DNA of 59,232 nucleotides, filler included, from Basidioascus undulatus (taxonomy: Eukaryota): the NCBI GenBank assembly GCA_000826855.1. It is 5 parts of 5 records of this genome, joined end to end, with 100 filler letters (N's around TTAATTAATTAA, not from the genome) between each part and the next. Parts side by side here need not be neighbours in the genome. Positions count along the whole stretch, not along the records: positions 35,652 to 47,422 come from JTLS01000983.1; positions 47,523 to 59,232 come from JTLS01000985.1; 3 more parts are not named here. One strand, given 5' to 3'. Under the pieces are notes generated by a model. It searched no databases, had not been told where the DNA came from, and was given only the letters and a program-made list of their open reading frames with translations. Below, one piece after another: positions 35,652 through 48,547 of this stretch; within the stretch, counting starts at the first letter, position 1; each line of letters begins with the position of its first letter. A program made the position numbers and the translations under genes.

Positions 35652-37829
35652 TGAAGGGGGTGCTCAGGCGGTGGTGGTATTAGTAAAAGAAGTTTTAGCG
35701 GGGCAAGTGGGGGGTTGGCTGGAAGAGGGGAAAGTGGGAGACGAGGATTGATTGGTTTCTGCATGGACCTGCGTTGAAGGAGAGTAAGAAGGTAATGCAC
35801 GAGCGACGGAGCTTGGCCAGCGGCTGGTGCATGGTACTGCGTGCCGGAGGAGCGAGGGCTGAAATATGAGGGAAACTGAAGACGGAATCTCTTCATATTC
35901 AAATCGGGGCTTCCAGTACTTCAGACAACTGCCAGCAGCCGAAGACCCCCACACGGTGAAACGGTCATTGCCGGACTAGCTCGGGTCAGAATCGCCAACT
36001 GCTTGTCCTTGTTTTAAACTCGTCAGCCCAAACAGTGGAGGCCTTTGTTTTTTCTACATAGAAGTGTTCTGTGGGGTTTTCTCCACGTGGCGCAGAGACT
36101 GGTTATCGCGCCGAATTACCACAGAAGCCTGCGAGCGCGCCGCGTGGCTTTCGCACTCAGCTATGGAAACTCGCATTGCCGCCATGTGCCGGCATGCTAT
36201 AAAATCTCCTGTAAATCAATTCTTAAGCTGCAGAAATACAGGGGACTTCGCGCTTTAGACGGTGGAACCCTCTTGAGGCATAAGGGTCCTTTCGGTAAGA
36301 TGCCTGATCGTGATCTACATCGCCGCGGTCAGGCCTTGAAGTTCTCCATGCCCAGGTCCGTCCACGGAGCAGCCTAGACATATGGTTTGGGATTCTAATC
36401 CTTCAAACAATTAGGATTTCTGTAGGAAGACGAACCGTCTGTGCCAGGTCCGCGACTGATTGCACTTCAGCACAAGAACACGGGTCGGGCCAGTTCAAGC
36501 GTTCAGGCCGGCACGCTTCCGTTCCAGTCTGGTAAATTCTTGGATATACTTAATATCATCTCACCCTCTGCAAAGCGGCCCCGGAGAAACCCTCAAACGA
36601 CAGGCCGGGGTACTGCCGCGAAGGGCTGCCGCGCGTCTACCCACAATCCAGGTTGCTTCAGGAACCGGCAGTCCCCTTGATCTCGCCTCAATGCACGGGG
36701 AATTTACGGTAGCTGTAAAACCACAAACAATGCCTTACGTTTGTATAGTCTCCTTTGGGAGGGTCAGACGCGTGCCCTCCAGAAGCTTGAGCAAAGGTCG
36801 GGTTCGAGCTGTTCGTCGGATAACCCATAAGCATGCAGAGCGAGGCCCGTTCCAGATGTCCGTCGCTCCGAATGACCCACGGCGAGACATGATGTGATGC
36901 GTGTCAAAGCTGTACGCTGGCCGGTGGACGAGCTGTGGTCAAGCGTAGCAATGAGTCGGTGTTTCAGCCAATTTCAGCATTGTGAACTGCTTCGGCTGAC
37001 TTTGGAACGGTGAACCTTTCATTGAGAGACCTTTAAGCCGGTTCAGTCAAAGTTGGCCTCAATTCCTTAGTTTCATGATATCCTTCCTGTTATTCGCGAC
37101 CTTGTGCGTTTCGCGCCCGCGGTAGTGCCCACATGCCTTTGCACAACATCCAAGCTGAGGAACTGGGTATCGGCTTGTGAGGCTTGTGGCGGCCTTCCTT
37201 CCGGATGGACCAGCCTTCTGGAATCTGGATCACAGCTTCCCGCAGAAACGTCTGAAAGTGTCCCCTTTCCTCAGCGGACAAAGGCAGACTCGCGGGCCGT
37301 CAGCGCCGGCCGTGACAACGGGTCCCTTGCTCGTCTGAAGCAGTCGTCTTTCAGCTGCTTGTGCCCTTAAACTTACATCTCGGACTTATTAAAAAAACTA
37401 AAACAATAATCCCAAGAAACACACATCGACGCCTAGAAGCTCGTGCCCCACAGCTCCAGAGACCGAGAGACGCTAGGTCACAGTGGTGTTACAACGTCGA
37501 TCATGGCCCTCGCCTATCGGTTCTGACATCGGCCCTCAGCAGCACCATCGGATTAGCGCTGCCGCCAGACCAGCGCTGTGAAATGCCGCTTGTCACTTTA
37601 TGTCAGGTTATGAATATTTACAAAGGGCAGCCTTCCTTCGGACCTCATGCACCAACATGCACCGCGTGCACTATTGCCTTGGAAGCACGTTCGCTTGTGT
37701 TCGCTGTCGCACCTTGACTCGCCATAGTCACTCCTGCGCCCGTGGCCCTTCACAACGAACACACAACACACCCTCCCCACCCCATCGACCCAGACGCCTA
37801 ATCGCTCCTTCAACCCCATCGCCCTATCC

Positions 37830-39900
37830 ATGGCCGATATAACGTCGGCAGACCCAGGCCGACGACGGCTCCGTCGCACGCAGGCGCGGCACCCCCATCC
37901 GAGGACGGCTCTTCTTTCCAGACCGCGTTCACGACCCAGCGGTCCGAGGAACTGGAGACTCTCAGAAGTAAGAGATTTTTCTCTTGGGTGCATGGGAGGT
38001 GCAGGAAGCGCCAATCTATAGCGAGACATTGACCAGCTTGACAGTTGCAGGCATTGCCGCGCTTCTGAAGTCCAGCGACGAGCGTGCGCAGAGGACGGAG
38101 GACGAGCTGAATCGCCTGTCAAAACATGTCCAAGCTTGTGCGTATCAGTCGATCTGACCCAGTGTGCCCATTGAAAGCTCAAGACGGTCGCATTGCTCGC
38201 AGCCTCTCGGCCTCTCCAGGAGGGTCCGACGCCCCCCAAACCGTCCAAGGACTCCGGCGCATGGGCTCCGCTCTACACATGTTCAGCAACGAAATTGTCG
38301 AGTACGTGAAGGAGTGGAGAGAGGGGCTTGACGTCGCCCTCAATTTCGTGAGTCTCAAGTTGGACACCCTCTCCGACCGTGTTGATCGAGCCGCTTGCAG
38401 ATCGGTCTCTTCTCGGCAATCGTCACCGCGTTCATCATCGAGACGTACAAGGATCTGAAGTCTGATCAGGTCTTACATTTGTGTTGTTTAGTTTTTGTCA
38501 AGGATGCTGACTGATGCTCGGGGGGGCCGTCGCCATGGTAACACAGAGCGAAATCACGAACCAGCTCTTGCGGAACCTCACGCTCCTCTCCCTCGACCCC
38601 AACAGCTCTGGGATCGCTCCCGCTGAGCTCGACAGTGGCGAGTTTAGCCTTTCACTCGCGACCGCTCGCGTGATCCTCTGCTGCATCCTCTCGCTCGTAC
38701 TCACCTGTTTCGCATTCTTCCTGAGGTTCTTCCTGGAGCAGCAATCTGGACCTGACGGCGAGATCCTCGAGCCGTTACGAATCCTGTTCAGCCGGCACAT
38801 CTTTGATATGGGCCTGACTGCTGCTTTTAGATTGTTTGAGGGCGGCGGTCAAGGCTTCGTTGGAGCTCTTCAGGATTCCCGAGCTAGCGACGACAGGATC
38901 AACGCTCTGCTTTGCTCGGTATGGCTTGGACTTACTGGCGACAAGCTCAAGCATTCGCAAATAGGCTACGCACCTTGCTTCTCAATTGTTTCACTGACGC
39001 CTCGAAACATATTCGTTGCCTTGCACAACTTGCCCATAACGGCACGTTTACTAGACGACATTTCTATTTCCGTTTGGTAAGTACTTGATGCTGCGCGCGA
39101 CCTTGGCCGCGAAAAGGTGTACCTATAAACTCGCCTCATGTGTTGCAGATGCTTATGCGACTGCGCGGCTAATTCGCCGGCGACGAAGACTGGGCGAGGG
39201 AGAACCTCAACCTTCACGTCCTTGACGTTCGCATCCTCCACGTCTGCTTCGAACATCGTTCCGGCTCTACTGGCTATGCTCGCATCGCAGAGTACGGCTA
39301 CCGTCCGGCACTCCGTATCAAGAGCCGAGTTGACGAGTACTCTGTGCGCCTCTACGGCCTCTACGCCGCCGTTCTCGGGCACGCTCGAGACCTGATAGAC
39401 ATCGGGAACATCCGCCGGCTGGTCCAATCGAGCACAGATCTCCGGGCTGGGGCAGCGAGCTGGACAAGGCGCGCGACTCCATTCTCGGTGAGCCATTGCC
39501 AACCTCTTTTTGTATAGACGAACGCTGACATCCTGAACGAAAAGCCCGTCTCGTCGCGTCTGCTCCGCAGATAACCACATCTTCCTTCCGCTCCCTCCCC
39601 GACCGGCTCGGAACCGCTCGCGCAGACTGCGGGTTTCCGGTCTGCCCCCCACCTTTCCCTCGGTGAGCAAGCGCCGACATGTTTTTGGATAGACAAAAGC
39701 TGACATCCTGAGCGAGAAGCCCGTCCCGTCGCGCCGTCTGCGCCGCATATTACCGCACCTTCCTTCCGCTCCCTCCGATTCGAACCATCGGTCTTCCCCC
39801 GACATCTACAGCTGGCGCCGGAGCCGCGACGAGGAGGAAGGGCCGGCCATGGAGCTCGGCGCCGTCGCAGGCGGCCAGTCGGGAGGTACTGGGTCGACGC
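37830..39900 (+). pseudogene. DUF6535-like fungal membrane protein, probably degenerate (boundaries approximate)
   Basis: EYVKEWREGLDVALNF|IGLFSAIVTAFIIETYKDLKSD|SEITNQLLRNLT resembles, from memory, the FAGLFSAVVTAF motif of DUF6535 proteins. The downstream domain looks shortened and one duplicated acceptor site is mutated. Confidence 0.55.
39484..39787 (+). repeat. Diverged tandem duplication of an intron+exon unit, period 175 bp
   Basis: CTCGGTGAG..TAGAC..GCTGACATCCTGA..AAGCCCGTC..CTTCCTTCCGCTCCCTCC recurs at 39484 and 39659. Confidence 0.88.
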
Positions 39901-41226
39901 AAGGATAGGGGGTCGTACTCGACGGAATATTTGGAAGCTTGATCTTTCCTTTTTCTCTACCACACGCCGCACTCCACATATGCCCATTTCCTTTGTGTCA
40001 CGCTGTGTCCTTGCCCGATCATGTGCTGCGATGTTCGATTCGTCTCGGGACGGCATGTTGGCTTCTCTTCTCATGGATCAGTGCTATCCTACCTTGGTAT
40101 TACCGGTTACGATCCATTACGCAAAAAATCAACGTACCCGCATGATGCCATAGCTGCGAGTTGCTGCCTTGTGCGTGCAACCGCACCGGCAGGTGGCAAC
40201 GACCGCTGCCGCTTGAGAACTGCTGGCTGACCCTCGTATTACAAACTCTGCTCCAACCCATCCTTTTTACACCCCCTTGGATGTGATTTCCAAGATAGGA
40301 TGGTCACAGCGGATGCGGAGACGACGTCTTTTGAAAAGGGAACCCTCGTCGCTTCAGTAGGGTTGTGACCTCGGCGGAAACGCAACGATGCAAGCGAATG
40401 CTGTGACGAAGTTAGCGTGAAGGCTCCGAGATTTATTGATTTCCGTTCCACTCGTTCTGCGAAATCACAGTAATATGAACCACAGCGCGGCCTAGACACA
40501 GGCATTGCAGATTCCCGGGAAGGGCCTGCGCTGTACATGGGGCGGAGTGGCTCAGTTTCGCTGCGTCCCGTCGTTGGAAACTAGGCATGAAGCTCGGTTG
40601 ATCTCTTGAGATGCAGTTTTTCACATTCACTCGATAGTAGTTTTGTCCGTTGGGCTTGCACAGGTCCGCTCTGACGGCAGGAAAGGCAAACGGCGACAAG
40701 AAGAGTACGCACGGAGCGTGGTGAAAACCAAGATGACTTTTCTGAACGGTTATACTGAAAAATAGTCTGCGACCGCGGGGGGTCGCAGCTGTACTTCTGT
40801 GATACGATGTACGTGCAAATGCGGACAATCGTTCGCAACCGCTGGCACGGCCAGCGCCAATGGAACAACGACAGGCAGGCACATACAATTCAATAGTAGT
40901 AGTCTGGTCGCTTCTCTGATTTTTCTTTAACGTTTCCATGACATCCGTGCAACCACCTTTTAGCTACTACCAAGTGCTTCATTCGGTTTGTGGAGTGTAT
41001 CGACAGCTTACTGACAAAGTGCGCCCGCAGTCAACTCAACAAGACGCACGTTCCACACCTGTCCATGTACTCTTTGACGTCTTGACCAACCGCAAGCAGA
41101 AAGCCCAAAGATCATCTCGCATGTGAGGTCAAGAAAGTGTCATGCAGATTGCCGGGTATCGAAGACATGCAACACGAAGAACAACAATGTCCGCGGTCCA
41201 CATCACCGCGCCTCGCCCTTCCCATC

Positions 41227-44200
41227 TCACCAGAACCCATCCTACCCAAGCCAAATGGAGCATAATATCAGCGCCGGCGCAATATACCACCAGCATAGAA
41301 GCGAACATCAAACGCACGTCTTCGTCCGCACCGCCCTTCTTGCCCCCAGACGATTTTTGGGCCGTCGCCTGGCGCTCGTACATCTCGCCGATCTGCGGGC
41401 AGCGGCGGAGCGAGACTTGTCAGCGAAAAGATTGAGACGAGAAAGGGGAAGAATAGCAAAAGCGTACCTGCTGGCTGGTCGTCGCGTCGTCTGGGTCCTT
41501 GTCCTCGCGGATGCGGATGAAGCGTGGGAAGCGAAGGGAGACACCGCGGTCGCCGGCGACCTATCGCCGGAAGACAAGAAAGCGTGAGCAGTAGCCTTGT
41601 CCAGGGAAAATACGGCAAGACAGAGGGAGGAGGAGCGAGGAAAAAGCAGCACTTACATGACCCATCGCGGCCGTGTAAACGGGGCTCAAACTCAAGTCCG
41701 CGGTGAGAACCTCCCAAACGACTTTGGGCTCAAAGAACACGTCCGGCTTTGCGCCTCCGACCTTGTAGTAATCCTTGGGGCGGCTGATCTCGAGCTCCTT
41801 GAGCTGCGCGTAGTGCGACTCGAGGACTTCGTCCGAGAAGCCCGTGCCGATCTTGCAGATCGTCTGGTACTCCTCCGTGTCCGGGTCGTAGCACGCGAGG
41901 AGGAACGCGCCGTAGACGTTCGTGCGCTTGCCCTTGCCGTAGTACCCGCCGACGACCACCAGGTCGAGCGAATCGCCGACGCCGGAGAGGTAGTCTTTCT
42001 TGAGCTGCGAACGGCCCGCGCGCTCTTCAGTACCTTGCACCAGTGTCACTCGCCAAGAAGACAGACGCACCTTGAGCCAATTCATACTCCTCCGACTAGG
42101 CTCGTACCACGCCGCGTCGCCCTCGAGCATCTTGACCATGAGCCCCTCGCACCCGTCCCTGACGCTCTGCTCGAGGAACGTCTGGATCTCATCGACCGTG
42201 TTCGTGTCGCTCGTCTTGGCGAACGCAAACTCGTTCTCGACGGGCCCGAAGTTCTCGCGGAGGAGCTTCCGGCGCTGGCCGAGGTCGTGTTGGAGAAGAG
42301 GCTGACCACGTTAAGCACACTTCGCGTCTCAGCCTCTGTCGCGCTTGGGGTAGGAGAAGGAGCAGGAAAATGAAAGGGGGGAAACGACGAACTTCGCCGT
42401 TGAGGTAGAGCAGGTCAAACGCAAAGATGTGGACCTTGACGGTGATGTTCTCGGCCTTGACGTCCTTGCGCTTGCGCCGGCTGAGCTCCTGGAACGGCAG
42501 GAGCTTGTGTGTCTCCTTATCGTACGCGACCGCCTCCGAGTCGAGCACAAATGACTTGACGCCGGGCTTGATGCACTGTTGGTCCCGTTGCGTTGCGTTT
42601 CGTCCATCAGTATCCATCAGGCAGAATGGGCTCGGGCTAGAGCAGGAAAACACGATGAGGAAGCACACACCCGAGGAAGCTGCTCCACCAAGTCCGGATA
42701 CTTGACGCTCATGTTTTCCGAGTTCCTCGAAAAGACCGCGATCCTGCCGTCCTCAGTATAATGGATCTGTTCCGTCGAATCCCCAACGCCATCCATCTCC
42801 TCATCAACCCAGGAAACCGAACAAAACGGAACGCAACAAGAACGCACCTGCGCCCGCTCGCCGTCGTACTTGTACTCGCACGTGAACTCCTTGCCCTCGA
42901 AGCGATCCAAAACCTCACCGATCGCTTTGGTGGGCTTGGCGAGCATAGGCTTGAGCGGGACGCCTGCGTTTCCACCCCCATGGACTGATTCAGCATCGGC
43001 CGCGGCGCGGATGAAAGGATCGATGAAAGAGAGGAGGGGACGAACCGGGAGTAAGCTTGCACTTCTCCTTCAGGCCTTCGACGCCGACCTCGAGCAAAGC
43101 AGGGACGACAGCGTCGTAGTTGGGGAGCTCGCTATCGACAGACGCGCTTCGTCAGTGTCCTCTTCGCTCGGCGGTTGAGAAAAGCCGAGCCCAATCGAAA
43201 GCCGCACCTGTACACCTGCTTAACGATCCCCGCGCCCTCCTCGAGCTTCTGCGCGATCTCGTCCTTGCTCCACTTCTCCTTTCCTACTCGCGTGCCAACA
43301 CCCGCACACGTCAGTCTCGCCGCTCTTCTACACCCCTCCCGTCCAGGAATGTCCGAGGACGCACCCTGCCTGACAAGTACGACCGCATGCGCAACTGCGA
43401 CGACGACAGTCTTCTCTGCGAGGCGGATGCGGAGCTTGCCCTCGAGCGAGCGGATGAGGTACTTCGCCTCGTTGTCCTCGGCCAAGCACGCCGCGAGGAG
43501 CTTCTTGATGATGCCGACCTTCTTGTCCTGGCTCTGTTGAATCGACGCCGAGAAGGTTCAGTAAGTCGACCCGGAGGGGAAGTAGAAAAGGGAGGGAGAT
43601 GCAATGAGACGAAAGCGGCCACGGACCTTGTTCCCGCTGATCTTTGCGATCTCGGTGAGGGACTTGAACACGCCCGGGACGGTGAGGGGCTTGGGCTTGA
43701 ACATGGTCGGTTGGTTGTTGCGCGAGTTCTGAAGATGCCATCACCGAGCAGCCGTCAGCGACGAGGAGTATCAAGGAAATGTGGAGAAAATGAACGAACC
43801 TGCGCAATCGTCCCAAGGTCGCCGACCGCCTTGAAGTCCTCCTTGACCTTCGCGATGCTCCGGCCCGTGCTCTCGCTCACAGCCTTGATGAGCAGGCTCT
43901 CGCCGATGCCGAGCTCGAGGCCGACATAGTCTGGGCAGAGCTGTCCCGTCACCATAATGAGTTTCCTGCAGGTTTGACGAGAGGAAGTGGAGAATGAGGG
44001 GACGAACGCGGTTGATGCAGAGGTATACAACCTGGATGAGTTCCTCCGGCCGTCGCTTGGCGACGAGCACGAGGAAGGCCGTCAGGCGCTCGAGGATGAT
44101 CAGGCGCTTCGTGGTGCTCTCGATGGAGGCGAATACGTGCGTGAGGGCGGAGTAGGGGACGCTGTGTAGGAGAGGAAAGGGTTTAGCGTGTATCAAAGTG

Positions 44201-45204
44201 AAGGAAGAAGGAGGGGCGCGCTTACGGCTCGCCTTCTTTCCAGCCCTTCCATCCCTCGTCGCGACCCACTTTATCTGCACCTTGGTGAGTCGCGAGCTCG
44301 GCCCTGACCCCTTGAACGTTCAACATCCACTTCGCACTTAGAAAGGAAAGAACGACACTCACAGCTTGCTCGCTGCCTTCCCATCCTCTTCATCTTCCTC
44401 TTCTTCCTCATCCGCCTCCTCCTCCTCTTCCTCCTCCTTGCGCTCGTCCCCGTCCTCCTCGTCCGCGTCCTTCGCCTTTGCCTTGCCCTTCGCAGTAGCC
44501 GGCGGGGAGACGTCCTTGGCCTTGCCCTTGTCCTGCTTCGGCGCGGACTTGGGCTTGGGCGGGGCCTTGGGGAGAAATAAAGGGTGGATGGGCTTGGAGG
44601 GCGAGGCGGTGGACGTGGACGCGGACGGTTCGGTCGAGGTGGAAGGCGCGGACTTGGAGGGCTTGGTGGAGGAGGTAGAGGGTGAGAGCTTGGGCTTCTT
44701 GGTGGATGGCGGGAAAGCTGTTGATATAGGAGAGATATCCGAGTCAGCGGGGGAAGGGGCGAGTGTGTCGAACTGCAACGCACGTTCGGGCTTCTCGCAA
44801 GCGTCCTCGTCCTCGTCCTCGTCGTCGCTCTCGATTATGCGCTTCTTCTTCACCCCAGTTTTCTTATCCGCCTTCTCATATCCGCTTCCAATTAAAGTAA
44901 GCCAACATTCTCCCAACCCGGCCGCGCCCAGACTCACCTCGGCCGCGTTGTCCATGTCCACATCGCCATCCTCGTCCTTCACCTCGGCGTCCTTCTTCTT
45001 GAAGCTCAGTTTTGGCTGCGCCTTGGGCGTCTTGGCTTCAACGTAATCAGGCATGTCGACAAACTTGCTATTTCCCAAACCAACCCGTATGTCAGCTCCG
45101 TTTACTCCCCTCAATCGCATCTAGCAGGAGGACGCGTGGACGTGCCTGAGCGTGCGCTGCCCGACGTCCAGCGGCTGCTTCGACTTGGGCTTCGCAGTCG
45201 TCAT
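41227..45204 (-). CDS. CDC9: DNA ligase I (ATP-dependent)
   Basis: PMLAKPTK, adenylation motif [55 protein letters not shown]; charged low-complexity N-terminus with PIP-like box QRTLSKFV. Confidence 0.97.
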
Positions 45205-45364
45205 GCTCGTCGGTCGTGCAAGTGTCTGGACTTTGATCGTGGTATGGGGTAGCGGAGGAGGAGAGGACGTAGGGAAGCGTCCTCGATGGTCGCGGTGGTT
45301 GGGCAAGAGCGTCGCGAAAGCGAACTGACGCGCCCCGCGCGGGTTTATTAAATAAAGTCCATGC

Positions 45365-45372
45365 ACGCGTCA
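45365..45372 (-). promoter_or_regulatory. Candidate MCB element (TGACGCGT) about 160 bp upstream of DNA ligase I
   Basis: ACGCGT core, with CGCGAAA nearby at 45313-45319; yeast CDC9 is a classic MCB gene. Short motif in a GC-rich genome. Confidence 0.4.
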
Positions 45373-45842
45373 GTCTGCGGATGACCCGCGGAGTTGTGCT
45401 CCTCGCGTTGTATTGCGTTGCATTCATCTAGTTGCGTTGTACGGTTTTGCAAATGAGCGTCTGCGTTTAGTAATTTAATATGGTTAAATATTCGCGCACA
45501 TCAGTGTCCCTTCCGGTCGACATGAGATGGGATGGCGCTTTACGGTTGACTGCGCACTCAAATTCGGTGCCTTCCTGCTTGCTTGCAAACCCACTGCAAC
45601 AGCTCCTCGCGCTTTCATTTTTAAGTTAAAGGGCCTCTTAGGTGGACAGCATTCTGGAGTGGTCTAGTTGACGTTGCATGCCCGTGCGCAGCGAGTTTCA
45701 CAGGAAACTCTTTCTGCTCTGTCGTTCACTGTGCGCCCAGAAAGTCCCGCTTGAATTGAAGCCAGGCCAGATGTATGGAAAAAATCATCATGCGAATACT
45801 TTCAAAATATCTACAGCAGCTTCAAGCTTGACCACCCAACCT

Positions 45843-47254
45843 TCAAGCATTGCCGTTGGTCTTGACCTGGCTCTCCTTCGCAGCCTCCTGCTTCGCCTTC
45901 CACTCCTCTGCCATCTCCCTCTGCTTCTTGATCTGCCCCCTAACCCATCATCAGCAATTCTTCACACCGAAAAAAGGGAAAATTTAACGCACATCCTTCA
46001 CCAGTCCCTGCACGAGGGCGTCCTGGTCCGCCGAGCCGCACACCATGAGGTATCCAAGGTCGAGACGACTGATGAAGAACGCCTCGGGCTCGGACGGGGT
46101 GTACCCGACCAGCGGGAGGCGGTATTTCTCCGCCAGTGCCTTGACGTGCAGCATGTAGCCGATGAACTCGGGGTTGCTCGCGGAGGAGATGTCGAGCTTC
46201 AGGCCCATGTCGAGCGCGAGGTCGCCCATCCCGATCACTAGCCAAACCGGCCACCGGCGCGTGAGACGCTTCCTCATTGAAACAAGTGGAGTTTAAATTG
46301 AGGCTTACTGATGGCGGTAACGCCCGGAACCTGCATGATCGCCTCGAGGTTTTCGATGCCAAGCTTGCTCTCGATCTGAAAGTCCGCTCATCATTAGTAT
46401 TTCTTTGGAAAGGAGACCCGAAAGAGCGGACTGTGCCCTGGGACTTGCCTGAGGGATCACCGCAACGTGCTCATTCGCCGTCTCGAGCGGGCGTCCAGGC
46501 ATGTCCGTGAGGCCCGGGATGAGCGCGAAAGGCGGCATCGAGCGGTGTCCGAGGGGACTGCGAGGCCGCACGCTCAAGTATCAGGAGCCACAGCTCGATT
46601 ACCCCCACATAGAAAAAAGATCTCACGGATAGCAGCACGAGTTGACGATGTGCCGGGCTTGCTCGGGAGTCTCAGTATGAGGGACAAGAATCGCCCCCGC
46701 GCCTAGGTGTTGCACCTTCTCAGAACCGATTTTGATATGTAAGGCGAGGATCAACCGCACCTGCGTCCAATGCCCAGGCCATCCATTCGTGTCCGTGAGT
46801 CGGAACCCGCACGACGGGGACCATCTTGCCCTCAGAGTAGAAAGAAATAGTCTGGACGATCTCTTTGAGGAGCGGAGGCGAGAACGGAGTGTGCTCCGCG
46901 TCGATCCAAGCCTGCAGTAAAGGATACATCAGCACTAGTCGCGGACATTGCTGAGGGAATTGCTACCCAGTCGGCGCCGGTGCTACACACATCCACGAAA
47001 CTGTTAGCATTCGCATGGTCTCGCCCCAAGAACAACTGGAACAGTTGGCGGACACTGCGAGAATCTTCGCCACGTCCGTCGACGGGATCGAGAGGCCTGA
47101 AAACGGTGATAGGACGCTTCAGACTCTAATTCAAGTACTGAAGTGAGTTTGACCTACAAGTCCCCACAAGGCAACTGTTCGTCTCGTAGGCGTGCTTCAG
47201 CGCAGCGCGCAGGTTCGAGGGCTGCTGGAGCGTTTGAGCGCGGTATTGCTGCAT
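45843..47254 (-). CDS. HpcH/HpaI aldolase family protein
   Basis: TGADW|AWIDAEHTPFSP, PVVRVP..WALDAGA|RGAILVPHTETPEQA, HVAVIPQ|IESKLGIENLEAIM, IGMGDLALDMGL. Confidence 0.92.
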
Positions 47255-47422
47255 CTTCGGTAGAGGTAGTTCCGGTCGGGTGGTGTGATGAGGGATTCTT
47301 GGATTATTCAATTGTGGATAAGTTTCTGAAAGTGGTGAGGAGAGCGTCAAGGGTATTTATAGGGAAGAGAGCAGCGCATCAAAATGCAAAGATGCAGAGA
47401 AAGCAAAGGGATGAGGGTGCCC

Positions 47423-47522
47423 NNNNNNNNNNNNNNNNNNNNNNNNNNNNNNNNNNNNNNNNNNNNTTAATTAATTAANNNNNNNNNNNNNNNNNNNNNN
47501 NNNNNNNNNNNNNNNNNNNNNN
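47423..47522. other. Artificial contig linker
   Basis: N44-TTAATTAATTAA-N44. Confidence 0.99.
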
Positions 47523-48256
47523 CGGAGCGTTGCTTAGGGCCGGTCTGGCGTGCGACTAGAAAGGATAGGAAGAGGGAGGGTGAGATGAGGGAGGGGGGGA
47601 GATAGAGTGGGAGGAGGGGAGAAGGGACGGAGGGGAGAAGGGACGGAGGGGAGGATGGACTCGCATTGCTGTGCATACTGGGACATCGCTGCGTGTTATT
47701 GGGAGGGACTGCTCTGTGGTGGTCATAAACCCTGCTAATACAAAGGAAAGAGCAAGCGATACCCCTTGTTATCTCTAGACATCTCTGGGGTTGCGCTTTC
47801 AGTTGGGACCTGTACGCCGTTTGGCTCAGGATGGTGGTGGAGTGGAGTGCGAAACGGGCATTCGATCTAGTGGGAGGATATACACGCCGAGGGTTACTTC
47901 ACAAGAGAATCGAGAGAGAAGGGTGTAGTGGGCAAGACGGAGCGGACGACAGGAAGGCAGTTTCGTTGTGGCGCTCAGTGGCAGTTGCGCAAGTAGGCTC
48001 TCGGAAACAGTTGCAGCCGGTTCATTCTTTCTGACAGAGCTCATCAGAAGCTAATCAAGGCTACAGATACAGAGCGAGTTCGTTGCCTTTGAAATGTAGC
48101 GCAATGCTGCAGGCGTGAGCGACGAGATGCACTGTTCCGTACAGCGCCATTGCGGGGCATACTGGCTCAGACCAACAGTACGACATAAGTGAGGAGGCAA
48201 CATGAAGTCTCATTCGTTATAAAAACAGTTCACTCAGGTATTCTGCGGCGCTGGTC

Positions 48257-48547
48257 TCACACCCATCTCGCAGTGGCCGTGGCAGACGCGAAGATGGTGG
48301 ACTCGCCCGCGAGCCGCGTCGCATCGAGGACGGAAGCGGACGCTGTAAACAGTCCTAGGTGAGAAACAACCTCAAAAGGTGTCAAATCCGGTGTCCAACT
48401 CACTGTAAGGGCCGTCCGGAAACACAGCAGTGGGCAGCGAGTAGTTTCCCTCGGGGCCGCCGATGTTCCCGCCGGTGTGGATGGTGTCGGTCCCAAGGGT
48501 GATGTAGCCTGTTTGAGCACCCAAGTTTAGATATTCTTTATCGTTGA
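48257..48547 (-). pseudogene. Two-exon gene fragment of unknown family abutting the inverted repeat
   Basis: ..EYLNLGAQTGYITLGTDTIHTGGNIGGPEGNYSLPTAVFPDGPY|GLFTASASVLDATRL.. with a GTGAGT..CTAG intron. No start codon; its 5' side runs into the repeat arm. Confidence 0.35.

Noticed and set aside
41597..45046. Long + strand ORFs (41597, 43120, 44366; similarly 28198 and 56859)
   Set aside because: Antisense shadows of GC3-biased real genes with no independent motifs.
11786..47522. Periodic TTAATTAATTAA palindromes about every 11.9 kb
   Set aside because: They sit in identical N44 blocks; these are artificial joins between size-sorted contigs, not biology.
48372..48547. Tannase/feruloyl esterase similarity from GYITLGTDTIH
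   Set aside because: Only one short motif; the following exon does not fit that family.
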